DNA of 64,000 nt from an uncultured Verrucomicrobiae bacterium. Lineage in GTDB: Bacteria > Verrucomicrobiota > Verrucomicrobiia > Chthoniobacterales > JAATET01. Numbering within the stretch: position 1 is the first letter of the stretch; every line of letters begins with the position of its first letter. Positions 28,446 to 39,084 of the stretch are shown here, piece by piece. The stretch spans positions 1-64,000 of the forward strand of contig CAVRCI010000005.1 in the NCBI GenBank assembly GCA_963719495.1, given 5' to 3'. The translations under genes and the position numbers were made by a program. The notes beneath the pieces were generated by a model. The model was not told the origin of the DNA, did no database searches, and saw only the letters and a program-made list of their open reading frames with translations.

Positions 28446-30632
28446 TCAATCCTGTAACTGCCCGCCGCTCTTTTTGTCGCGGTTGACCGCTGCCGTTTTG
28501 TCCTTCGATTTCAGCTCGACCATGTCGGTGGCAATTCGCAGGGCCTCGTTGCGGATGGCGTCGGGAAAGACTTCCTCGTCCTCCTCGTCCCCGCTGGGAT
28601 CGAACATCTGGCGGTCTTTTTTCCGATCAAACTCGACGGAAGTCAGCCCCTCGGCGGCGGCGTTCTCGAGCGTCACCTCGTAGGCTTGAGCGGTCAGGAC
28701 TGGCCCCCGCTTGGCGCGTTCCGCCTTGCGAGCTTCCTTCCGCTTGTTTTCGTCGTCGATCTCCTGCTGCCGCGCGGCGAGGTTGAGCGAAATCGCGTTG
28801 CTGTCGATTTTCTCCTGGAAGCGGCCCAGATCGCTCTGAAGGTATTTGAACTCCGGATCGCTCGCGATGCGGGCGTTCGAGCGGTCCCTGAGGATGTCGA
28901 GCATGGCCCCGACGTCACCGCTCGAGGTGAGGATCTGCGGGGCGACCTCGTCGTAGGGCAGCGGATTCGGGAGAGCGTTCTCGCCGATCTCCGGATTGTC
29001 CGTCATCGACGGCAAAACGATGTCGGATTTGACCCCCTCGAGTTGGGTCGAGCCGCCGCGAACGCGGTAAAATTTGTTGATGGTCAACTTGAGGGCGCCG
29101 GCCTCGGACCCACCCAGGCTGAAGAAGGGCATGAAGCGTCCAATATCGAGCATCGTCTGCACGGTTCCCTTCCCGAAGCTCTTCTCGTCTCCCACGATGA
29201 CAGCCCGTCCGTAGTCCTGCAGAGCGGCGGCGAAAATCTCGCTCGCCGAAGCGCTCAGCCGATTCATGAGCACGATCATCGGACCTTCGTAAGCGACCGA
29301 TTCGTCGCGGTCGAAGGAGACTTCGACTTCGCCGTTGGAATTCTTGGATTGGACGACGGGGCCTTCGGGGATGAAGAGACCGGTAAGGTTGATGGCCTCT
29401 TCGAGCGATCCGCCGCCGTCCTGCCGGAGGTCGATCACGAGGCTCTCGATGCCTTCGGCCATCAGGCGATTCAGCAAGGCGAGCACGTCCTTGGTCGTGC
29501 TGCGCGCATTCTCGCCGCCGCGCTTCTCGGGATCGAAGTAGAACGAGGGCAGCTCGATCCAACCGACGCGCACGGGCCGACCGTCGGCGCGCTTCATGTC
29601 GATGATCTCGGCTTTGGCCTCCTGGTCCTTGAGGCTGACCTGATCGCGCGTGATGGTAACGATTTTGCGCTTCGCCGCTCCGGCGGTGTTCGCGGGGATC
29701 ACCTGGAGCCGCACGACGGTGCCGCGCTTGCCGCGGATTTTTTCGACGACTTTATCGAGCTTCATGTCGACGACGTCCTCGAAGGGCGATTCGCCCTGCG
29801 CCACGGCGGAGATGCGGTCGTTAACGGTGAGGTGACCCTCGAGGTCGGCGGGTCCGCCGGGGACGATCTCTTTCACTTTCGCGTAGCCGTCCTCGGACTG
29901 CAGGACCGCTCCGACGCCTTCGAGTGAGAGGCTCATCTGGATCTCGAAATTCTCGAGTTCCGACGGGCTCATGTATTCGGAATGCGGATCGTAGGTCCGG
30001 GCGAGGGCGGCGAGGAAGTCGGAGACGATCGATTCGTCGTCCATCTCGTCGACGTTGCGCTGCAGCTGAGCCTGGCGCTTGGCGATGATCTCGGCCGGGG
30101 TGCGCTCAAGGTCGGGGTGTTCGTTGAGACTCTCCTGCAGGAGTTCCGCCTCGATCCGCTTGGCCCAAAGCGAATCGGCTTCGGCCTGGTCGGCGGGCCA
30201 GCTCGCGTCCTTTCGGTCGATCTGGACGGTCGCATCGGTGTCGAATTCGTATTCCTCCGTGATCCGGGGCGCGTTGGCGGCGACGCGGTCCTCGACGCGG
30301 AGCTTGAAGCGAGAAAACATCTCGCGGGCTGGGTTCAGATCGCCGGAGAGAATGCGGTCGTCGAGCCGGGTCGCGTATTTTTGCTGAAACTCGTCGACGT
30401 CGGCCTGCAGGAAGAAGAGCTTTCCGGGATCGAGATTGGTGAGGTATTGGTCCAGCAGCTCCTGCGAGACGGAGTCGTCCAACCTCTGCCGGGAATAATG
30501 CCCCTGCTCCAGGAGACGCGCGACCGAGACGGCGACCTTGTCGAGATTCACGTCGGCCCGGCCCGGCACGACGCCGAGGATTGCAACCGTCATCGCCAGG
30601 ATCAGCGCTCGCGCGCACAAGTTTCTTCTCAT
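28446..30632 (-). CDS. carboxy-terminal processing protease (Prc/Tsp, S41A)
   Basis: DPHSEY, PDZ EGVGA, DLRQDGGGSL, SASASEI, GKGTVQ, TINKFYR. Confidence 0.93.
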   Translation of the reverse strand: MRRNLCARALILAMTVAILGVVPGRADVNLDKVAVSVARLLEQGHYSRQRLDDSVSQELLDQYLTNLDPGKLFFLQADVDEFQQKYATRLDDRILSGDLNPAREMFSRFKLRVEDRVAANAPRITEEYEFDTDATVQIDRKDASWPADQAEADSLWAKRIEAELLQESLNEHPDLERTPAEIIAKRQAQLQRNVDEMDDESIVSDFLAALARTYDPHSEYMSPSELENFEIQMSLSLEGVGAVLQSEDGYAKVKEIVPGGPADLEGHLTVNDRISAVAQGESPFEDVVDMKLDKVVEKIRGKRGTVVRLQVIPANTAGAAKRKIVTITRDQVSLKDQEAKAEIIDMKRADGRPVRVGWIELPSFYFDPEKRGGENARSTTKDVLALLNRLMAEGIESLVIDLRQDGGGSLEEAINLTGLFIPEGPVVQSKNSNGEVEVSFDRDESVAYEGPMIVLMNRLSASASEIFAAALQDYGRAVIVGDEKSFGKGTVQTMLDIGRFMPFFSLGGSEAGALKLTINKFYRVRGGSTQLEGVKSDIVLPSMTDNPEIGENALPNPLPYDEVAPQILTSSGDVGAMLDILRDRSNARIASDPEFKYLQSDLGRFQEKIDSNAISLNLAARQQEIDDENKRKEARKAERAKRGPVLTAQAYEVTLENAAAEGLTSVEFDRKKDRQMFDPSGDEEDEEVFPDAIRNEALRIATDMVELKSKDKTAAVNRDKKSGGQLQD

Positions 30633-30701
30633 ACTGGGCGGAACCGTTACAGAAGGTTCGTCTAAAATCAAACTACGCATTGAGACGTAGACCACATTCC
30701 C

Positions 30702-31313
30702 ATGATTCAGTTCGAAGAATTTACCGGCGGCGCCCTCGACACAAACGCTTTCCTCATCGATGCGCCCGAAGGTTCGATCCTCATCGACGCGCCCCAGGGG
30801 GCCGACGCTCACTTCGTGGACAAGCCGATTCACACCCTCCTGCTCACCCACGGGCACTTCGACCACACCGCCGACGCCGAGGCCATCCGAGCCCGCCACG
30901 AATGCGCGGTCTACTGCCACGCCGAAACGGTGCCGATGATCACGGACAGGAATTTTTTTCGGAATTGGGGCTTCGGCCTCGAGGTCGAGCCCGTTCGTGA
31001 TCCGCGGATCATCGGCAATACGACCGCGGCGACCTTCGCCGGGCGGGAGTTTCGCATCCTCGAGGTACCCGGGCATTGTCCGGGGAGTCTCTGCTTTCTG
31101 GCGGAGGAGGACGGCGACCTCTTCGGCGGCGATGTCCTCTTCCGCGGCGGTCTCGGGCGGGCCGATCTACCGGGCGGTGACGCCGAGCTTCTCCTGACCG
31201 GCATCCGAACGAAAATTCTCAGCCTGCCCGACGCCACGCGGGTCCTCCCCGGTCACGGACCCGCGACGACCGTCGGGATCGAGCGCGCGACCAATCCGTG
31301 GCTCCAATTTTAG
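30702..31313 (+). CDS. MBL-fold metallo-hydrolase
   Basis: THGHFDH, PGHCPG, GDVLF, PGHG. Confidence 0.93.
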   Translation: MIQFEEFTGGALDTNAFLIDAPEGSILIDAPQGADAHFVDKPIHTLLLTHGHFDHTADAEAIRARHECAVYCHAETVPMITDRNFFRNWGFGLEVEPVRDPRIIGNTTAATFAGREFRILEVPGHCPGSLCFLAEEDGDLFGGDVLFRGGLGRADLPGGDAELLLTGIRTKILSLPDATRVLPGHGPATTVGIERATNPWLQF

Positions 31314-31399
31314 CGCGTTCTGTGCTGGACTAAACCAAGCCGACAAGAGACCTTATCGACACTTTCAGAAAATCATTTCCGAAGTTTCCTCACCCGATC

Positions 31400-32671
31400 A
31401 TGCCCAACTTTTCCTACGTCGCCCTCGACGCCCGCGGCCAGCAAGTCACTGGTGAAATCGACGCCCCCTCCCAGAACGAAGCCGTCGGCCAATTGAGGCA
31501 GGCAGGCTACTACCCGACGTCGGTGGACGAGGCGTCCAAAGCGGCGAAGTCGAAGAAAACCGTGGCTCCGAAAGTCGCCGCCGGAGCACCCGCCAAAAAG
31601 AGCTCCTCGCTCTTCGCCAAGCAAACCATCAAGGGCAAGATCCTGATGATCTTCACCCGGCAGCTCGCGACCCTCATCGACGCGGGACTCCCCCTCCTCC
31701 GCAGTCTCACCGTCCTCGCCAAGCAGGAGCGCGACCCCGTTCTCAAATCGACGATCAACCAGCTCGCCGAGTCCGTTCAAGGCGGCAGCACCTTCTCCGA
31801 CAGCCTGACCGGCCATCCGAAGATCTTCAACAAACTCTACGTGAACATGGTCAAAGCCGGTGAGCTCGGCGGTGTGCTCGAGCTCGTCCTCCTGCGGCTC
31901 GCAGAATTCCAGGAAAAAGCCCAGAAGATCAAGAACAAGGTCGTCGCGGCCATGTTCTACCCGATCATCGTTCTCGTCATCGCCATCGCAATCATGGGCT
32001 TCCTCCTCGTCTTCATCGTGCCGAAGTTCGAAGCGATCTTCGCGGACATGCTCGGTGGTAAGCCGCTACCGGCGCTCACCCAATTCGTCATCGCCAGTAG
32101 TAATCTGGTCAAAAACCACATCCTGCTCATCATCGTGGGCGCGGTGGTTCTCTTCATCATCTACAAGCTCGTCTCCCGCACCGCGAAGGGCGTGATGGCG
32201 ATCGACAACATCAAGCTCAAGGCCCCGCTCTTCGGCGACCTCACCCGGAAGAGCGCGATCTCCCGCTTCAGCCGCACGCTCGGCACGCTGGTCACCAGCG
32301 GTGTCCCAATCCTCCAAGCTCTCCTCATCACCCGCGAGACCGCGGGCAATACCGTGATCGCCGACGCCATCTCGAAGGTGCACGACGCGGTGAAGGAAGG
32401 GGAATCGATCGTCCAGCCGCTCGAAGCCAGCGGCGTCTTCCCACCCATGGTCATCAGCATGATCGACGTCGGTGAAGAGACCGGCCAGCTGCCCGAGATG
32501 CTGCTCAAGGTCGCGGAAGTCTACGACGACGAAGTCGACAACGCCGTCCAAGGCCTCACGTCGCTGCTCGAGCCGATCATGATCGTCTTCCTGGCGGTCA
32601 TCGTGGGAACGATCGTCATCGCACTCTTCCTGCCGCTCATCAGCATCATTCAAGGGATGCAGGCCCAGTAA
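31400..32671 (+). CDS. pilC: type IV pilus/T2SS platform protein PilC/GspF
   Basis: FTRQLATLIDAGLP, AGELGG, GEETGQL, LLEP. Confidence 0.9.
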   Translation: MPNFSYVALDARGQQVTGEIDAPSQNEAVGQLRQAGYYPTSVDEASKAAKSKKTVAPKVAAGAPAKKSSSLFAKQTIKGKILMIFTRQLATLIDAGLPLLRSLTVLAKQERDPVLKSTINQLAESVQGGSTFSDSLTGHPKIFNKLYVNMVKAGELGGVLELVLLRLAEFQEKAQKIKNKVVAAMFYPIIVLVIAIAIMGFLLVFIVPKFEAIFADMLGGKPLPALTQFVIASSNLVKNHILLIIVGAVVLFIIYKLVSRTAKGVMAIDNIKLKAPLFGDLTRKSAISRFSRTLGTLVTSGVPILQALLITRETAGNTVIADAISKVHDAVKEGESIVQPLEASGVFPPMVISMIDVGEETGQLPEMLLKVAEVYDDEVDNAVQGLTSLLEPIMIVFLAVIVGTIVIALFLPLISIIQGMQAQ

Positions 32672-32691
32672 AGTTGGGCTAGATTTCCGAC

Positions 32692-33219
32692 GTGAAAAGT
32701 CTCCCCCCTCCCGTGTTCATCCTCCACCGCAAACGCCGAAACGCGTTCACGCTCATCGAGCTGCTTGTCGTCGTGGCGATCATCGCCATTCTCGCGGGAT
32801 TGATCCTGCAAACGTCAGGTTTCGTTCAGGAAAAAGCCGCCACGTCGAGGGCGACCACGGAGATTGCGGCTCTGGAAAGTGCGTTGGAGAGCTACAAGAT
32901 CGATAATGGAACTTATCCGGATGGGGACGGTAGCGACGCGTCGACCGGGGAACTCATCCGAGTGCTCATCAAGGATCCGATCGACAACGGCACCAAGATC
33001 TACTTCGAGATCCCAGCCAACATGCTGAACGTCCAAAACAAGAACGACGATTACGACACCAACGTCGCTGCCAGCACTCGACTGATCGATCCTTTCGGGA
33101 ACGCCTACCACTACGAGTTTCCGGGCGATCCCAACCGAAGCGGAGAATTCTTTTTCGACCTCTGGTCGCAGGGCAAGAAGAACTCCGCCGACGAAGTGAA
33201 GTGGATCAAAAATTGGTAA
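32692..33219 (+). CDS. GspG-like major pseudopilin
   Basis: A|FTLIELLVVVAII, ALESYKIDNGTYP, DPFGNAYHY, FDLWSQG. Confidence 0.88.
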   Translation: MKSLPPPVFILHRKRRNAFTLIELLVVVAIIAILAGLILQTSGFVQEKAATSRATTEIAALESALESYKIDNGTYPDGDGSDASTGELIRVLIKDPIDNGTKIYFEIPANMLNVQNKNDDYDTNVAASTRLIDPFGNAYHYEFPGDPNRSGEFFFDLWSQGKKNSADEVKWIKNW

Positions 33220-33231
33220 GCGCCCCGCGCT

Positions 33232-33849
33232 TCAGAGTTCCGCGCTGATCTCGGTCCAGGCCGCCATTACGATCTGGGACCAAGTCTCCAGCCGATTCTC
33301 CCGGTTCGACAGTTCGTCAACGGCCAGAAATTCGAGCTGCTCGATCACAGCTTCACCGGCTGTCACCACGTCGGACCGCAGATCGACCAAGTGAACGACC
33401 CCGAGGTGAACCCGGCCTACGTCGCTGCTGTCGTCGTTGATCAGCCCAACGATGCGGTCCGTAAAACCGTCACGAATGACCAGTTCCTCGCCGATCTCGC
33501 GTTCGACCGCCGCCCGATAAGATGAAGTGTCGAAAGTCGGCGTCGACACATCGAAATCGTTGATGTGGCCACCGATGCCCAACGACCCTTTGGCCACCAA
33601 CCGCTGCTCGCCGCCCTTTCCACCCCGCACGTAATGCAGGATGCGGCCCTCGTGACGGAACACCGCGTAGGGAATGATCTGTTTGAGCGAGGGGTCCGTT
33701 TCCACCTCCGACCGCGGCGCGAAGAAATTACTGCCGGGCTGGAAAAACGCCTCCAAATAAGGCTTTGGATCAGCGTGGAACCCTTGAAAACTGCCGATCT
33801 CTTCAAAAAGAGATCGGCGAACGACTAACACATTCTCATCAGCGGACAT
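33232..33849 (-). CDS. NUDIX-like phosphoesterase
   Basis: ETDPSLKQIIPY, SLGIGGHIN, REIGEEL, VGRVHLG, LETWS. Confidence 0.8.
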   Translation of the reverse strand: MSADENVLVVRRSLFEEIGSFQGFHADPKPYLEAFFQPGSNFFAPRSEVETDPSLKQIIPYAVFRHEGRILHYVRGGKGGEQRLVAKGSLGIGGHINDFDVSTPTFDTSSYRAAVEREIGEELVIRDGFTDRIVGLINDDSSDVGRVHLGVVHLVDLRSDVVTAGEAVIEQLEFLAVDELSNRENRLETWSQIVMAAWTEISAEL

Positions 33850-34082
33850 GGACCGAGCGTCGCAGGCACCGGCCGGGCCCTAAAAGCCAAATTCTCCCTT
33901 CCGACGGCGATCTTTCGGATTTCCCCTTCGAGCGGAAACGGCGTCAGCGGAGCGAGATCGACGTCGGCCTTGCAAGCGGAGTCACCCGCCAGCGTGCGCG
34001 GAGCGCCCGCTCCACCCGCCGAAATGCGAAGAACGCGGAGACCGCGGGCTCACCTTCATCGGCGAGCAGCCGGAATCCAAAC

Positions 34083-34190
34083 CCGGAGGGCGAGGCTCCT
34101 GCCGAGCCGTGGCTTCTCGCAGCGACGTCCTGCGAGAAATCGGCCGGTTCCAGTGTGGGGCCACGGCTCGGCGGGAGCCTCGCCCTCCGG
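34083..34190. repeat. REP-like family C inverted pair (GGAGGGCGAGGCTCCTGCCGAGCCG)
   Basis: Arms 34085-34112 and 34161-34188, followed by short GTTGGGAC tandem repeats. Confidence 0.9.
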
Positions 34191-34309
34191 TTGGGACCGG
34201 TTGGGACGGGTTGGGACGGGCTTTGGGAGACAAGAAAATCTGACGTGAGGACGGTGATGCCGCCTGATCGCCGCATATTGCCAGCCGGGCAGCCACGTAG
34301 CTGGCGCAA

Positions 34310-35284
34310 TCAATCGAGCCCGAACGCGATCGTCGCCGCGTTCCGCCTTGCCTGCTCGATTTGCTCGCCGCTGAGTCCCGCTTCGACCGCGGCGACGTTC
34401 AGTTCGTGGTCGAGATCGATCGCGCTGATGCCCGGGTCGTCCGTGTTGATGGTCGCCAGCAGCCCGGCTTCCAGGAAAGCTTTAAGCGGGTGACTGGCGT
34501 AATCCGGCACGGTGCTCGTCTGCACGTTCGACGTGAGACAGCACTCGAGGCCAATCTTGTTTTCCAGCAGGTATTCCATGAGCCGGGGATCTTCGAGCGC
34601 CCGCACGCCGTGACCGATGCGGGTCGCGCCCAGCATCCGGATCGCCGTCCAGATTCCCTCCGGCCCACCGGCCTCGCCGGCGTGGACGGTCACCGCCCAA
34701 CCGACGTCCCGCGCCTTCCCGAAGTGTTCGGCGAAAAGCTCGGGCGGAAATTGCGCTTCGTCTCCCGCCAGATCCAAGGCCGTGATGTCCTGCCAGTGGG
34801 CGAGCAGCGCCTCGAGCTCCGTCCAGCCCGACCCGACTCCATACGTCCGGCTGATGATCCCGATCAGCTTCACCTTCACGCCGAACTTCTCAACCCCCGC
34901 CCGCACTCCATCGATCACCGCCTCGACGACCGCCCGCGGGCTGAGACCGTGGGGCTTCGCCATGAAGACCGGGCTGAAGCGCAGCTCGACGTAATCCAAT
35001 CCCTCACGTTTGGCGTCCTCGACGTTTTCGTAGGCAACGCGGCGGCAGGCCTCGGCGTTGACAAGCACGCCAACCATCCAGCGAAACTTATCGAGAAAAG
35101 CCATGAGACCCGGCTGCGGCGTCGAAATTTGCACGTGGGGCCGGAGTCCCTCCAACGTTTTCGCCGGGAGGCCGAGGTCGTGTTTGTCCCCCAGCTCGAG
35201 GATGGTCTCCAGGCGGATCGAACCGTCTAAATGACGGTGCAAATCGATTTTCGGAATCAAGTTTTCGGCCACGCCGTCACTCAA
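34310..35284 (-). CDS. add: adenosine deaminase
   Basis: [24 protein letters not shown]. Confidence 0.93.
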   Translation of the reverse strand: MSDGVAENLIPKIDLHRHLDGSIRLETILELGDKHDLGLPAKTLEGLRPHVQISTPQPGLMAFLDKFRWMVGVLVNAEACRRVAYENVEDAKREGLDYVELRFSPVFMAKPHGLSPRAVVEAVIDGVRAGVEKFGVKVKLIGIISRTYGVGSGWTELEALLAHWQDITALDLAGDEAQFPPELFAEHFGKARDVGWAVTVHAGEAGGPEGIWTAIRMLGATRIGHGVRALEDPRLMEYLLENKIGLECCLTSNVQTSTVPDYASHPLKAFLEAGLLATINTDDPGISAIDLDHELNVAAVEAGLSGEQIEQARRNAATIAFGLD

Positions 35285-35391
35285 CGCCTTTCATCCCGGC
35301 GACGCAAGTCGAGGCGGGCCCCGGGGAGCCGCGCAAATCGGCTCTGCGCGAATCGGGGTCGACGCCAAACCTCACGATTACAGAGACGCTC

Positions 35392-35475
35392 GTAGCGACG
35401 GTCTGTGCCGACGTCCAAGCCCCGCGGATGATCGTCCGTTGAGAAGATCAGCGGCGGCCGCAGACGCGCCGCTAC
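35392..35475. repeat. REP-like family B inverted pair (GTAGCGGCGGTCTGTGACCGCCG), degenerate
   Basis: gtagcgacggtctgtgccgacg ... cggcggccgcagacgcgccgctac. Confidence 0.7.
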
Positions 35476-35594
35476 ATTCGACGTGGAGACTCCGCGAGCG
35501 AGCCGGACACCTATTTTTTCGGGTATAGAAGTCGTCCAGCAATAACTTGATACTTCTCTAGGTTGGGCAAACTTTTGGTTGTGGCCGAACTTTG

Positions 35595-35876
35595 ATCGAG
35601 CATCGGCTCTTCTGTCACATCACCCAGAACTGGCGGGGCAAAGCCCTCGTCAGCCACGAAGTCGTCGTCGAACTCATCGCCGCGACAACCACCCGGGCTG
35701 GCCTCAAAGTCAGGGCCGAGGCCGATCAATCGCACCATCGAACCAAGCTCAAACCCACCCCCGAGCAAACGGCCTCCATCCGCATGACCCGCAATGATTT
35801 TCACGGGGAATGGACTACACCATCAGCCCTTCACAGCTGTTTTGTATCAGGTTCCTTCTGGAACGATGCCTTTAAG
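35595..35876 (+). pseudogene. ISAzo13-family transposase C-terminal remnant
   Basis: IEHRLFCHITQNWRGKAL...IAATTTRAGLKV...DFHGEW, then an apparent 1-nt frameshift before YTISP. N-terminus absent. Confidence 0.85.
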
Positions 35877-36013
35877 CAGTGCCATTCCGGACTTGAGACC
35901 CCTTAGACGGCTCCAGCCGCCGACGGGGAGCGCACGCGTCCGCGCGTGCGAGCTGCGGCGTCCCGCCGCAGCAACTCGGCAAATCGATTAAAGCGAGAGA
36001 GCCGCCCACTCAA

Positions 36014-36036
36014 GGAGCGGCGATTTGCAATCGTCG
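36014..36036 (+). repeat. REP-like family D (GGAGCGGCGATTTnCAATCGyCG)
   Basis: Matches 46058-46080. Confidence 0.7.
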
Positions 36037-36120
36037 GACCCACCCCACGACGAAACCGCAAATATTGCCCTTGAAGCAATCGTGGTTGACTGCCGAGCAA
36101 CCAACTTCCATTCTTCTCCC

Positions 36121-36693
36121 GTGAAATTCCCGCTCGCCGTCGCCGCACTAGCCATCCTCCTAGCCACCACCGCCCCGGCCGCTCTTGTCTTCCAGCTCGA
36201 CCCCGCTCTCGAAACGTTCACCCTCACCGGTTCCGACACCGGAACGCCGAATCCCCCAAGTTCCAGCGGCAGCCGGAGTGCGTGGTCGAGTTTGTTCAAC
36301 CTCACCGACGCGTCGAACACCAACCTCGCGATCACGTCGGCCGTGGGCGCCGACAGCGGCATCGCTTTCTCGCCGACCTCCTTCTTGCGGATTCAGGGGG
36401 GTGCCACGACGCCGGGTTACGTGATCGAAATCTTCACCGGCAACAGCAACACGCAAACCATCACGGGCAACGGGACTCCCATCAGTTACGCGGGCCTCGG
36501 CGCTGACCAGAAATCCGACTTGGAGCGATTCGTCGCGAGCCCGAACAACGGGCAATTCATGCTGGCAGCCGGCAATAACTTTTCGGCGATCACCACCCAG
36601 GCCGTGCCCGAGCCGTCGACGGTGGCGTTCCTAGCCATTTCGCTGATGGCGATCGTCGGGGTTTCCGCCTGGCGACGGCGGGGTGCCTCGTAG
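36121..36693 (+). CDS. PEP-CTERM exosortase-target protein
   Basis: Signal peptide, C-terminal VPEPST + TM + WRRR. Confidence 0.92.
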   Translation: MKFPLAVAALAILLATTAPAALVFQLDPALETFTLTGSDTGTPNPPSSSGSRSAWSSLFNLTDASNTNLAITSAVGADSGIAFSPTSFLRIQGGATTPGYVIEIFTGNSNTQTITGNGTPISYAGLGADQKSDLERFVASPNNGQFMLAAGNNFSAITTQAVPEPSTVAFLAISLMAIVGVSAWRRRGAS

Positions 36694-36740
36694 GGACAGG
36701 GGTTACGACGCACTGCTGAGCCGGAGGCCTCCCCCAATCT

Positions 36741-36825
36741 GGAGGGCGAGGCTCTGCCGAGCCGTTGCCTTCACTGGAATCGTTGCCGCCACGCAAAAGC
36801 ACGGCTCGGCAAAGCCTCGCCCTCC
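36741..36825. repeat. REP-like family C inverted pair
   Basis: ggagggcgaggctctgccgagccgt / acggctcggcaaagcctcgccctcc between convergent genes. Confidence 0.9.
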
Positions 36826-36852
36826 CCAAGTTGGGAATCGCCGCGCGATATT

Positions 36853-39057
36853 CTACGCGGTAGCGACCGCCGTGTAGCTGAGGCACGCGATCTCTTCGAG
36901 CGTCGTTTGGCCGCCGAGGACCTGAATCAGCCCTTCCTGATACAACGACAACACCCCCTCGCGGTTCGCCACCTTCCGCATCTCACTCTGCGGCGCGTTC
37001 CGCGCAATCATGTCGGAAATCTCTCCGCCGACCTCGCACATTTCCATGAGAGCCACCCGACCCGCGTAACCCGTCTCCGCGCACTCCGGACATCCTCCCG
37101 GCAGGTAGAACAGACTCTGGTCCCCCGCCACCACAACCCCGTTCCGTCCAAACCGCTCGCGCATCTCCTCCGTGATCTCCGCCGGGCGTTTGCAATGCGG
37201 ACAAAGCCGCCGCACGAGCCGCTGCGCCTGCGAGAGGGCAAGGGAGTCCGCCAGCAGATACGGCGCGACGCCCATGGAGATCAGGCGCGAGACGGCGCGC
37301 AGCGAATCGTTCGCGTGCAGCGTCGTGAGCACCAAGTGCCCGGTGAGCGCGGCGTTCACCGCCGCCGAGGCCGTCTCTTCATCGCGCGACTCCCCGATGA
37401 GAATGACGTCCGGGTCCGCTCGCAAAATGCGCCGCAGTCCCTCACCGAAATCAATCCCGTTGATCGGGTCGATCTGGGTCTGATTGATCCCCTCGATCTC
37501 GTATTCGATCGGATCCTCGATCGTGTGAATGTTGATCGACTCGTTGTTGATGCTGTTGATGAACGCATACAGCGACGTCGTCTTTCCGCTGCCGGTCGGC
37601 CCGGTGACGAGCACGAGACCCTGATCGCGAGTGAGCGTGTTCTTCACGATACCGGATTGGCGCGCGGACAGGTTCAGCTCGCTCAACTCCTTCACGCCAT
37701 CGCGTTTGTCCAGGAAGCGGATCGTGATTTTTTGCAATTCCTTGCTGCACGGGATCGCCGAGACGCGGCAATCGATCCGCCGCTGTCCGATCCGCATCCC
37801 GAAGCGCCCGTCCTCCGCCGTCTGCCGGCGCTGACCCATGTTCGAGTAATTTTTCAACAGACTCACCAGCCGCGGCAGGAGGTCCTCCGAGCACGAGTGG
37901 ATGAGATTGAGCTCCCCGTCGATCCGCGCCCGCAGCCGCGCGGTGTTGAAATACTTTTCCACGTGCAGATCACTCGCGCCCTGCGACGCCGCTCGGTAGA
38001 GGACCCATTGGACGATCTGCTCGGGCGTCGTGTTGATGTTCTCCGGATTGATCCGCTGCATCTCGCCCGGATCGATTTCCACGACGTTCGCGTCGTCCGA
38101 GTAGATCAGCTCCCGCTCCGCGACCTCGGCTCCGCCCGCCACGGCGCGGCCGCGATTTCGGTTGATCGCTTCGCGGATGCCCTCCGCGTCGGCGAGCACG
38201 TTGATGATCCGCACCGCATCCTGACCGCTGGACAACCATTCGTCCTCGAACGTGTAGTTGTCGCGGTCCGACGCCAGCAGGTAGATGACCCGCTTGCCGA
38301 TGTAGAGCGGGTAAACCGTGTGCTTCTCGAGCAGCACGTCCGGAAAGATCTCCTGCGCCGGGGTGAGTTCCGGCGCAAAAATCGGCTTTCCGGTCGTCAA
38401 ATAATTAAAAGCCGGCCCATGACTCGGCGGCAGCAGCCGGTAATCGCCGACCCGCCGCATGTCGATCTCGCCGAAGGAATGCTCGCTCTGCCGCAGCTTT
38501 TCCGCGTCGCCCTCCGACATCGGGTAGTTTGCCAGCATCCACCGCGTTGCCGTCCGCAATCCCGTGTTCCGCTCCGGCCCCTCGACGCCCTCGACCGGGC
38601 TCGTGGCCGCCAGCGGCGTCATCCGCACCCGCTCCATCACGTCGCCCAGCAGCCGTTCGTATTGCGCCCGCCCGACGAGCACCCGCTCGAAGAGGTAATG
38701 CGGCATCCCCCACGACTCGACCGTCGACGGATCGTAGTGCGCGCAGAGCAGCACCGGCCCGACCGCGCCGAATGGCAACCAGGGAGCGTCCGCGTCGCTC
38801 GCCCGCGCCACTTTTCGAAAAATCTGCTCCGCCCGCGTCGAGCACGCCGCCCGCGTGAGATCGTAGGGCACCATCGAGAATTTCTCGGCCAGCCACTCGA
38901 GCGCTTCGTCCGCGCCCACGCCGTTCGAAGCCGCGATCGTTTCGACGAAAAGATCCCCCTCCCGCGAGGCGGCCGGGGGACAAAACAACCCCCGCTCCTC
39001 GAGCAATCCGCTCAACCGCGAGGTGGGGAATTCGACTTCTTTCGCTTCGACCTGCAA
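36853..39057 (-). CDS. pilB: PilB/GspE assembly ATPase
   Basis: ASDLH, GPTGSGKTT, TIEDPIE, LRADPD, TGHLVLTTLHAN, CPHC/CPEC zinc motif. Confidence 0.9.
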   Translation of the reverse strand: MQVEAKEVEFPTSRLSGLLEERGLFCPPAASREGDLFVETIAASNGVGADEALEWLAEKFSMVPYDLTRAACSTRAEQIFRKVARASDADAPWLPFGAVGPVLLCAHYDPSTVESWGMPHYLFERVLVGRAQYERLLGDVMERVRMTPLAATSPVEGVEGPERNTGLRTATRWMLANYPMSEGDAEKLRQSEHSFGEIDMRRVGDYRLLPPSHGPAFNYLTTGKPIFAPELTPAQEIFPDVLLEKHTVYPLYIGKRVIYLLASDRDNYTFEDEWLSSGQDAVRIINVLADAEGIREAINRNRGRAVAGGAEVAERELIYSDDANVVEIDPGEMQRINPENINTTPEQIVQWVLYRAASQGASDLHVEKYFNTARLRARIDGELNLIHSCSEDLLPRLVSLLKNYSNMGQRRQTAEDGRFGMRIGQRRIDCRVSAIPCSKELQKITIRFLDKRDGVKELSELNLSARQSGIVKNTLTRDQGLVLVTGPTGSGKTTSLYAFINSINNESINIHTIEDPIEYEIEGINQTQIDPINGIDFGEGLRRILRADPDVILIGESRDEETASAAVNAALTGHLVLTTLHANDSLRAVSRLISMGVAPYLLADSLALSQAQRLVRRLCPHCKRPAEITEEMRERFGRNGVVVAGDQSLFYLPGGCPECAETGYAGRVALMEMCEVGGEISDMIARNAPQSEMRKVANREGVLSLYQEGLIQVLGGQTTLEEIACLSYTAVATA

Positions 39058-39084
39058 GACTCCGGCAGTGTTGCGCCAAACCCC

